The notes below the pieces were generated by a model that saw only the letters and a program-made list of their open reading frames with translations, was not told the origin of the DNA and searched no databases. From positions 1 through 64,000 of the IMG/VR virus record IMGVR_UViG_3300024054_000008: a stretch of DNA of 64,000 bases. One strand, written 5' to 3'. Positions 29,903-37,803 of the stretch are shown here, one piece after another. Position 1 is the first letter of the stretch; the number at the start of each line of letters is the position of its first letter. A program made the position numbers and the translations under genes. The DNA comes from a virus.

Positions 29903-30586
29903 TTATATAGATGGAATGTACAAACCGTGCGAAACTGAATGGTAAGGAACGTTTGAAATTTCCTTATAATCAAACCCATTTATAAGAATTTCTCTAATTT
30001 CATCGGGTATTGATTGTCTAACAAAAATATGATTTTCAATTAGAAATTTTGGTTTATGTTTTTTAATCAGATTTAAGGCTCCGTTTAATGCCTCAACTTC
30101 GGCCCCTTCAACGTCGAATTTAACCCAATCAATTTTATTTGGCTGAACGCGTTCGTGCCAAACGTCAAGCGGCTCAACTTCAATAACATATGGATCATCA
30201 ATATTATCAACTAATGTTTGTGAACACACATTCAGATGACCGGTCGATGAATACACTCCAGATTTATATATAATGCATTTATCTGACCAACCATTTAATT
30301 TAAGAGATTCTTCAAGAGTCTCTTTCTCAGTTCTTTCATTTGGTGGACCCTGTGGTGACCAAGCATAAACAAAATTTGCCCCAACAGCTAGAGCTGTCAA
30401 AGCATATGAACCATAAGCCGCACCAACATCTAAAACAACATCGCCACTTGATATATGCCAATCACGGTCACGAACCGATGATTCATCATCAAATGAGAAC
30501 CAACTAGGATGATACGGATAAGTCTCCAAGCATTCTATTTTATACGAAAAACCGCGGAATGATAACTCCCTAACTGGCATCCACAA
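29903..30586 (-). CDS. FkbM-family methyltransferase
   Basis: VVLDVGAAYGSYAL, IDWVKFDVEGAEVEALNGA, PKFLIENH. Confidence 0.9.
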   Translation of the reverse strand: MWMPVRELSFRGFSYKIECLETYPYHPSWFSFDDESSVRDRDWHISSGDVVLDVGAAYGSYALTALAVGANFVYAWSPQGPPNERTEKETLEESLKLNGWSDKCIIYKSGVYSSTGHLNVCSQTLVDNIDDPYVIEVEPLDVWHERVQPNKIDWVKFDVEGAEVEALNGALNLIKKHKPKFLIENHIFVRQSIPDEIREILINGFDYKEISNVPYHSVSHGLYIPSI

Positions 30587-30591
30587 CTATA

Positions 30592-31803
30592 CTATCCTTT
30601 AATGTTAACTATTTCTTTCAAAGTATAAACAATGTCAACAAGATCAGATTGTGCGGCCATGACTGCGTTTATGTCTTTATATGCGGCTGGACTTTCATCG
30701 AGAACGCCGCTATCTTGACGACAAATTGTTCCAGAAGTTGCCTCTTTGTGCTGTGCTAACGTTATTGAACGTTTAGCATCACCACGGCTCATTACTCTTC
30801 CAGCACCATGAGAGCAACTACAAAAACTATCCGGATTTCCTTTTCCTTTAACAATATATGAAAACCCTGACATCGCACCAGGAATAATTCCTAACTCGTC
30901 CTGTCTGGCACTGATTGCACCTTTACGTGTTATCCAAACTTGCTCACCGAAATGTTCTTCTTTTCTAATATAGTTGTGATGATTATTTATAACTTCACCT
31001 TTTAAAGTGAATTTTGGGATACCGCTCTTCCTCATTGCGTCAATAACTGTTCTCAAGATTAGCTCACGATTAACTCTTGCGTACTCTTGACACCAATCAA
31101 CTGCATTCACATAATCATTAAAATGTTCAGCATCTTCTTCAAAATACGCGAGGTCTTTGTTTGGAAGTCTTACACCGAGACGTTCCATATCTTTTTTAGC
31201 AAGCTCTATGAAATGAGAACCAATTTTATTGCCAACGCCACGTGAACCGGAGTGGATCAAAATCCATACATTATCATCTTGATCTAAATTGATAGACACG
31301 AAATGGTTGCCACCACCAAGCGTTCCAAGTTGTTCAACGACTGGAGCTATTTTTGATCTACCATGGCGTCCAACAATTCCATCAAAATCAGGCTTCAGTT
31401 TCTCCCAGGCGTTATTGACGTAGCCTGGGGTTTTGCCCCATTGTCCTTCTCTGGCCTTATCAGCACTACCAACCGGCAAGACTTTTGATATGTGGTCATA
31501 TAAAAGTTGATCAGCTTTATCCTGGAGTTTATCGGCAGTCAATGAAGTCTGAATACTAATTACACCACAACCAATATCAACTCCGACCATAGCAGGTACA
31601 ATTGCTTTAATTGTTGGTATGACACTGCCAACCGTCGAACCTCGGCCAAAATGGACATCTGGCATAACAGCTATATGTTTATGAATAAATGAAAGAAGGG
31701 CAGTCTGAAGTAATTGGAGCTTAGCACCAGGTTCAAATGGGACGCCCTTAGTCCATGAATAGACAGGGACGTTTCCGCCTTCTAGGATTTCATAATTACT
31801 CAC
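30592..31803 (-). CDS. rtcB: RtcB-family RNA 2',3'-cyclic/3'-phosphate, 5'-OH ligase
   Basis: MPDVH, VGVDIGCG, GTLGGGNHF, HSGSRG, NHHNY, RKGA, SHGAGRVMSR, DESPAAYK. Confidence 0.96.
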   Translation of the reverse strand: MSNYEILEGGNVPVYSWTKGVPFEPGAKLQLLQTALLSFIHKHIAVMPDVHFGRGSTVGSVIPTIKAIVPAMVGVDIGCGVISIQTSLTADKLQDKADQLLYDHISKVLPVGSADKAREGQWGKTPGYVNNAWEKLKPDFDGIVGRHGRSKIAPVVEQLGTLGGGNHFVSINLDQDDNVWILIHSGSRGVGNKIGSHFIELAKKDMERLGVRLPNKDLAYFEEDAEHFNDYVNAVDWCQEYARVNRELILRTVIDAMRKSGIPKFTLKGEVINNHHNYIRKEEHFGEQVWITRKGAISARQDELGIIPGAMSGFSYIVKGKGNPDSFCSCSHGAGRVMSRGDAKRSITLAQHKEATSGTICRQDSGVLDESPAAYKDINAVMAAQSDLVDIVYTLKEIVNIKG

Positions 31804-31844
31804 GAAGGCAAGTTACATTAAACAAAAATAAATTTGCGGATAAT

Positions 31845-32588
31845 TTAATCTTCTTCTTCATCTTTACCAGCTTCTGGATTTAAATGTAAGACGCCATCAA
31901 TTACTTTATGGTTGTTATTAAATAACCAGTCAAAAAACTTGCCTTCACCCCATTCTGGGATTTCATTTTTATGTTTAGCAACCGAATCTTCAAAAACTTC
32001 TGAAGCGCGAGTTGCCAATTCTTCACCAGTATAACCAATTTCTTGCCAAGACCAATCATTGGCTTCAGCTGTCACATCTACCCCGTCAATTTCCAATTTG
32101 TGCCAAATTACAAAGCCTTGACCAGACTCGACATCCATAGAAACTTCTTCTTTTGGAGTTCTGCCAGCATCAATTTCAAACGTGATATCAATGCGCTCAA
32201 TATTAACACCGCCTTTATAATGAACGGTAAGATTATAATTACGAAGTTCATAACCTGGCCCGGAATCAGGAGCTATTCTAACGCCATCACCGGTCTTAGT
32301 TATTGCTGACGGTGGTTTACTTTTATTTTGTTTATATTCCTTTGCTGCATCATTCATAGACTTTTGTAATTTTCCATTTAAGTAAACGTCAAGAGACGGA
32401 CCAGCAAATCCGCCTTTTTGTTCTTTAACCTTTAAAGTCCAACCGGTGTCAATCTCACCTTCATATGTGTCAGGGGCAATTTCTTGCATGGCTGGCGGAT
32501 AAACGCCTTCAGATTCAAAAGCAGCTTCAACTTCATTCAGAACATATGAGCGAGAAGCAATCCTTGAAGCAATCCTGCGAAATTTCAT
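31845..32588 (-). CDS. Acidic hypothetical protein with N-terminal RRIASRIASR
   Basis: 247-aa ORF. Confidence 0.6.
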   Translation of the reverse strand: MKFRRIASRIASRSYVLNEVEAAFESEGVYPPAMQEIAPDTYEGEIDTGWTLKVKEQKGGFAGPSLDVYLNGKLQKSMNDAAKEYKQNKSKPPSAITKTGDGVRIAPDSGPGYELRNYNLTVHYKGGVNIERIDITFEIDAGRTPKEEVSMDVESGQGFVIWHKLEIDGVDVTAEANDWSWQEIGYTGEELATRASEVFEDSVAKHKNEIPEWGEGKFFDWLFNNNHKVIDGVLHLNPEAGKDEEED

Positions 32589-32618
32589 ATTTAAAGTTTT
32601 TAATGCAAAGTTTAAAAT

Positions 32619-32876
32619 ATGATTTCAAAAATAGCTTCAAAAATTGCTTCATCACCGCTTTCTGAAAGATATGATTATGGAACTGAGGCTGAAACGTTCC
32701 CGTACAGTCATGAAGATTATTCATTAGAAGAATGGGACGAAATTTCTGAAAAAATACCAGAGGTTTACAAATTATTCCGTTCAACAGGGATTGACTACCC
32801 AGCACAGGACGATCCGGTGTGGGAAGACGTTATGAAATTGGTTGAAAAAGCTGACATAAAACCGGCAAGTAAATAA
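32619..32876 (+). CDS. Small acidic hypothetical protein with N-terminal KIASKIAS
   Basis: 85-aa ORF divergent from 31845..32588. Confidence 0.55.
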   Translation: MISKIASKIASSPLSERYDYGTEAETFPYSHEDYSLEEWDEISEKIPEVYKLFRSTGIDYPAQDDPVWEDVMKLVEKADIKPASK

Positions 32877-32903
32877 TTATTCTTCAACAACACTCTTTGT
32901 TAA

Positions 32904-34511
32904 TTATCGATACAAAACAAATTTCAATTTTGATTTAGTTGGCTTCTTCTCATAACCAAATTTCTCTGCGTATTCACGTTCTTTCATTTTCATTTTTTGA
33001 GCATGTTCGTAAAGAGTTTTTTTGTGAACGACATATCCTTCTGGACTAATATAAAAATAACTAACTGATGTTTCTTTTAAAAATTTCCAATTTGAAGCCT
33101 TATATATGGTTCCTGTATGGCCAAATGTTGGGTCTGCAAATGATATTATTACATCAATTGATTTAAATTCATCAAATAACAGTTTTGAACATCTGGATAA
33201 AAACCAGCTTGCAAAATTTTTCTTTTGATAATTTGGATGAATACAAAAACGATCAAGCTCAATAACTTTAGATGGGCTCAAATTCATAGAAGTTGCAACT
33301 TCTTTTCTGATAATTGGCGTAAATTTACACACCGCAATAAGATCTTTTTCAAGAAAAGCACCAACCACTAATTTTTCTTTCCTACCATATTGTGCGTAAT
33401 GAAACGAATTCAAAAAATCAACATACACATGGTTTTTTGAATTTCGATTTTTATCAATTTCATTGAACTTTCTAACTATAACATTTTCAAAATCAAACTT
33501 ATGTTGAATTTCATTAAAATCCTTTAATACAAATTTAGAAATCTTTTGTTTCACAATTTCTGGGTTAAAAAAATCTCGTTCATGAAGATACAAAATACGA
33601 AAATTTTGAAAATATTTATCAATGTACGAAAATTTTGAAGAGTCTCTTCTCATACCGTCAGGGGTATCATGCCAATATTCACCTTGAACCTCCACAAGCA
33701 CAGAATGGTCTGGAATAAAAAAATCAAAAAGATAATATCCAATTGCAAATTGTTGTTCAAATTTTAAATCTAAACTTTTTAAAATGTTGCCTGTAGCAAT
33801 CTCTATATTTGAACGATATCCATCAGTTGATACCTTCTGTACAGCTTTTAAACGTATGTGTTTAGCTTTCTCGCTTATTTCATAACACGAACGACATATA
33901 TACCGAAAAGATTCCGAAGATTTTCTCTTATGCCGTCTAATAGCATTTTTTAAAGAGTCAAATCTAATTATTATCTCATTATTACAACAAGAACAAACAA
34001 CTATTACTTTTTTACCTTTATCACGATACGAACCAAATTGTTGTAATGTTTTCTCTTGATTAATGGCAGAATCAATATCTGATTGCACTGGCATAGACCC
34101 GCCTGATTTACACTTTCTGCAAACGTATTTATAAATTAATCCATTTTTCTTATATTCCCATATTCTAAATTTTAGAGAACATATCTTTATACTATGGTAC
34201 GAATTGCACACAGAACATAAAACTACTACTAAACTATGTTTATTTTTTGGAGTGCCGTGAAGAAGTTTTGTTTTTTCAACAGAAACATGAGTTATTATTT
34301 CTGGATCTAATCGATTTTTGTTTTTTCTAGTGCAATAATTACATAGTATTATAGTATTATACCCATTACGACGAAGTCTAACTTTTAAAGAATTTAAGTT
34401 TATTACTGATTCACGCCCACAAGGACAATTGATAATTACTGGTGATTTGTTTTTAGGATTTCCATATACATCAATAGTTTTATTTTTGTCATAAAATTTA
34501 GACAAATCCAT
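32904..34511 (-). CDS. Zn-ribbon repeats + Vsr/DUF559-like nuclease + Mom-like GNAT domain fusion
   Basis: Three T...YG/HG/FG..P...V.V.C..C repeats; FDFFIPDHSVLVEVQGEYWH...LHERDF; IELDRFCIHPNYQKKNFASWF...SFADPTFGHTGTIYKASNW. Confidence 0.8.
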   Translation of the reverse strand: MDLSKFYDKNKTIDVYGNPKNKSPVIINCPCGRESVINLNSLKVRLRRNGYNTIILCNYCTRKNKNRLDPEIITHVSVEKTKLLHGTPKNKHSLVVVLCSVCNSYHSIKICSLKFRIWEYKKNGLIYKYVCRKCKSGGSMPVQSDIDSAINQEKTLQQFGSYRDKGKKVIVVCSCCNNEIIIRFDSLKNAIRRHKRKSSESFRYICRSCYEISEKAKHIRLKAVQKVSTDGYRSNIEIATGNILKSLDLKFEQQFAIGYYLFDFFIPDHSVLVEVQGEYWHDTPDGMRRDSSKFSYIDKYFQNFRILYLHERDFFNPEIVKQKISKFVLKDFNEIQHKFDFENVIVRKFNEIDKNRNSKNHVYVDFLNSFHYAQYGRKEKLVVGAFLEKDLIAVCKFTPIIRKEVATSMNLSPSKVIELDRFCIHPNYQKKNFASWFLSRCSKLLFDEFKSIDVIISFADPTFGHTGTIYKASNWKFLKETSVSYFYISPEGYVVHKKTLYEHAQKMKMKEREYAEKFGYEKKPTKSKLKFVLYR

Positions 34512-34689
34512 ATATAATTATACAAGAATGATTACGAAAAAAATTTGTAATATTATTAACATGTAAACTACAGAATTTTTACACCGAAATCTTCGATCGT
34601 ATTATATTTCAACTAAAGAAAATAGAAAAGAGAACAAACTAAAGAAAAATTAAATATACAAACTAAAATTTAAGGATGAAAACAAATAC

Positions 34690-34724
34690 TTTTTCGCCCG
34701 AGGTTTTCGGCCTCGGGCGAAAAA
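34690..34724. terminator. Perfect 14-bp stem-loop downstream of the major capsid gene (terminator or 3' stabilising hairpin)
   Basis: tttttcgcccgagg-ttttcgg-cctcgggcgaaaaa, 24 nt past the MCP stop. On the minus strand it is followed by GUAUUUGUUUU rather than a canonical immediate U-tract. Confidence 0.6.
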
Positions 34725-34747
34725 GAGTTCTTAAAAGCTCAGAAAGC

Positions 34748-35635
34748 TCACCGCGTAATGATGAGACGCACCAACCCGCGTGGGTTAAATGCTCCGATCC
34801 CGAGATTTTCGAACATACTGAAACCAATCGTGCGCTCTTCTGGATTGTCTGCCGACAATACAGTCAACTCTGTACGGACTGGTATCCGTCCAAAGAACTC
34901 TGGCTCGCAACAGACGTACACAATGCCAGCCGGAACGAGACGTGACACAATGAACTGAGCGTTCCAACCGCTCGCCATCATACCACTCTTCCACAGCGTT
35001 GCTTGACTCTCAATGTCAAGAACGTCGCGACCGAACTTACGGATATCTGCGTAATCAGTCGCGTTCATATAAACGCGAGCAACACGCAGGTCGTGGCGTT
35101 CAATTTCGGCGAACGCGTCCGCGAGGACGGCCGGAGAAACTGGCGCAACAACTGGAATATCCGGGTTCGTGCCGCCAGGCAGCGAGTCAAAACCGCTGAC
35201 CGCGATGGCATCAAGAATCGAGAACACACGGTCGTCCTCGGCAGCCTGAATCTGAGCTTTGCCCAGATCTTGCATACGCTTAAGCAGATCGTACCGGCGC
35301 TCCTTCACCTGTGTGAGCGGGGCTTTCGGCAGAGCCGCAATTTCGAAAAGCGGGAAAATCACGCGCCGTGGCTTTGCAACGGCTGTAATGCTCTCGCCTT
35401 CCTCACCAATCACGTATGCAATCACGTCCGGATCTTTGTCATAGATCGGAAGCGCTCCATCCGGAAGCTGCTCAACCAAGAAGGTCTTACGGCCTACAGA
35501 CGAGTAATCTCTGCGCTCACGCAGAGGCTGAACCATCGAAGCCGCTAAGCGACGACGGCCAGATGAACTGCCAATGTATTGGTCGACAACCTTTTCTTTG
35601 ACTGCGTTGTCGACAACCTGAACTCCAAACGGCAT
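34748..35635 (-). CDS. Major capsid protein, HK97 fold, Bxz1-like type
   Basis: RRLAASMVQPLRERRDY..VGRK..LVEQLPDGALPIYD and PLFEIAA.P......ERRYDLL..MQD..KAQIQAAEDDRVF parallel the Bxz1-type MCP as I recall it; last gene of the protease-scaffold-decoration operon; strong SD GGAGG; high GC. Confidence 0.85.
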   Translation of the reverse strand: MPFGVQVVDNAVKEKVVDQYIGSSSGRRRLAASMVQPLRERRDYSSVGRKTFLVEQLPDGALPIYDKDPDVIAYVIGEEGESITAVAKPRRVIFPLFEIAALPKAPLTQVKERRYDLLKRMQDLGKAQIQAAEDDRVFSILDAIAVSGFDSLPGGTNPDIPVVAPVSPAVLADAFAEIERHDLRVARVYMNATDYADIRKFGRDVLDIESQATLWKSGMMASGWNAQFIVSRLVPAGIVYVCCEPEFFGRIPVRTELTVLSADNPEERTIGFSMFENLGIGAFNPRGLVRLIITR

Positions 35636-35658
35636 CTTGCTATCCTCCTAAGCCTGAA

Positions 35659-36330
35659 TCAGGCGTAGAGCTCCACAAACAGCTCGGTGCTGCTGGAGTC
35701 CGGTGCAGAAAGAACAACGCCCATACGAGTTAAATCCGGTTCAATAGCAGCGCCGCCACCGCCAGAACCAGAAGTTGCAGCTGTGATCCACTGAGTCTCA
35801 TACGAATCTTGCCAACGGTTCGTTAAATAACCATTGACAGACGCGTACAGGAGCTGACCTTCATCATATGATGTCAGCGGGTTACCAATCACGCCACCGC
35901 CAACTGTTGTCTGCACCTGAGTCTCGTAGATTTTCGTTCCGATTGCACCACCACGAACAAATGGCCCTTTTCCTGAGGCCACGCCGGGTGTGTTCTCGTA
36001 CGCATTTCCAAGAGCGTCGTTGATGAAGATGCCGAGGGGGCGAACGTTTGCAATGTAGGTTGGACCAGCCGTTACCTTGGCTCCGCCTACAGTGTTCGTT
36101 CCCGCGTCAGGTCGAACCAATGCTACCGAACCGCCAAGCACGCCCAGCTTCACGTTAGCTGGCAAAGTCGTAGACCGCGCGCTTGTGGTAGTCTCAACGT
36201 TCGGGTTATTCTGCGTAAATGCATCCGATGCAAGATCCGGAATTGAATCTTTTACATAGGAATACAGAATGCGCAGCGAGCTATTCGAAAGGCGAAAATC
36301 GCCTGATGCTTGACCGCCGATGTTTCCCAT
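35659..36330 (-). CDS. Probable capsid decoration/cement protein
   Basis: 223 aa, Gly/Thr/Ala-rich (PLGIFINDA, ASGKGPF, LYASVNGYLTN), immediately upstream of the MCP. Confidence 0.6.
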   Translation of the reverse strand: MGNIGGQASGDFRLSNSSLRILYSYVKDSIPDLASDAFTQNNPNVETTTSARSTTLPANVKLGVLGGSVALVRPDAGTNTVGGAKVTAGPTYIANVRPLGIFINDALGNAYENTPGVASGKGPFVRGGAIGTKIYETQVQTTVGGGVIGNPLTSYDEGQLLYASVNGYLTNRWQDSYETQWITAATSGSGGGGAAIEPDLTRMGVVLSAPDSSSTELFVELYA

Positions 36331-36524
36331 TACTATCTCCCAGATCCCAAAAGACTTGCACTTAGCTTATCAAACTGTCTAAAGTTAAACGATTTCAGTC
36401 CACCATTGGCGCGAAACCATTATTTAACTTCATTCAATTCAACCGCTTCGTTTAAATCCTCCGAAATTTCAGGCCAGGTCTGCGTCTTTGTTTCCCAATA
36501 TCACCGGCAGCATGCCGGATAATC

Positions 36525-37751
36525 TCAAGCTCCTGGTCGATCCCAAAGAGCTTCTAACATTGTGTCCTCAGTTGGTTTCTTACTTGGCTGGACAGCACCA
36601 AGTTTCTTAGTTGGATTTGTTGAAGCCGTGCGACCAGCAATTGGCTGGAAGTCTTGCTCTGAGGCAGCCTTCAGCTCACGTTGCGCCTTAACTTCTTCAT
36701 GATCTGAGAAGAGACGATCTAAAGCGTCATCGTCTCCGGGCAACTTCGACGCTGTGTGGACATCGTCATCACCGCCATCGAATGAGATCTCAACCTCACC
36801 AGGTGATTTGTTTTCAGAAGCCGCAATTGGAGCAGCTGGTTGTTCAGTTGTCTGGAACAACGCATGAAGATCATCAACTGGCGCAGCCTCTGTAACTGGT
36901 GGCTGTGCGCCTGGAGCGCCTGGTGGCGGACCAAGCTCCTCAGTCAACATTTGTTCAACTTCTTTAGCTTCGGCTGAAGTAATTCCTTCGCCTTCGCCTT
37001 CGCCTTCTGGCTCTTTCTTCTCAGTCATTGTCTGAGAAGTTTTCTTCTCAGTCATTGTCTGAGAAGTTTCTGTTTCTTCTTCCTCTTCAGCTTCTTCCTC
37101 TGTCTCATCATCAGCAATTCGGACCGAAGCTACTGCTCCAATTATGCCTTTCAACACCTTATCATCAGCAGCGTAAAAAGCACGGGCGACAGTTTCAATT
37201 GCATTATCACCGGCACTCTCGCCAAGCATACGCGCTGCCAATTTAGTGCACGCCATAGCTCGATTGTAACGAGCTTTCGGCTCCATCGAATCAGGAGACG
37301 CCTCTCGCATACGTTTTAATGTAGAAACTATAACTTGATTCGGTAAACTCATAAAATCAACAATTTGATCTTCTACAACCTTGTCACTGGCAGTATGCAA
37401 AACGGCACGTGCCAGTTTCTCAACGGCCGCAGCCTTTCTTTCGGCCGCAGTACGCCGATTATCGTACTTACCTTTGCTATCACGACCCCATTTATCTGAG
37501 TCTTTGTGGTCCCAGGTGTCATTCCTAAACTCTGGGAAACCAACTTCGTTGCGCTTTACAGCGCCACCTTCATATTCTGAATCAACACGACCCGGGCCAT
37601 GCCATGACTCAGCCCACTCATCTGGATTGCCGCTCTCATACTCAACTGGAGTTGGTTGAGGATGCTCTTGATTCATGTCGTAAATATCAGCTTTTCTAGC
37701 TGTAGCAGCTTGATGAGCTTTCCCAGATTCCCAAGTTGTGCGCTTACGCAT
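36525..37751 (-). CDS. Probable scaffolding protein
   Basis: 408 aa, acidic/helical with low-complexity linkers, positioned between the protease and capsid genes. Confidence 0.55.
   Translation of the reverse strand: MRKRTTWESGKAHQAATARKADIYDMNQEHPQPTPVEYESGNPDEWAESWHGPGRVDSEYEGGAVKRNEVGFPEFRNDTWDHKDSDKWGRDSKGKYDNRRTAAERKAAAVEKLARAVLHTASDKVVEDQIVDFMSLPNQVIVSTLKRMREASPDSMEPKARYNRAMACTKLAARMLGESAGDNAIETVARAFYAADDKVLKGIIGAVASVRIADDETEEEAEEEEETETSQTMTEKKTSQTMTEKKEPEGEGEGEGITSAEAKEVEQMLTEELGPPPGAPGAQPPVTEAAPVDDLHALFQTTEQPAAPIAASENKSPGEVEISFDGGDDDVHTASKLPGDDDALDRLFSDHEEVKAQRELKAASEQDFQPIAGRTASTNPTKKLGAVQPSKKPTEDTMLEALWDRPGA
37014..37067 (-). repeat. Exact 27-nt tandem duplication encoding TSQTMTEKK x2
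   Basis: tttcttctcagtcattgtctgagaagt at 37014-37040 and 37041-37067. Confidence 0.9.
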
Positions 37752-37803
37752 GATCGTGTAATCTCCTATAGGGACTTTCCATTAAAATCATATGAAAAAT
37801 CCA

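Noticed and set aside
34512-34689. AT-rich gap with repeated aactaaagaaaa as an origin or iteron array
   Set aside because: Only two or three short imperfect low-complexity copies; not distinguishable from background by eye.
34676-35601. + strand ORFs (up to 181 aa) overlapping the MCP
   Set aside because: Expected from stop-codon scarcity in the GC-rich capsid gene; no motifs or RBS.
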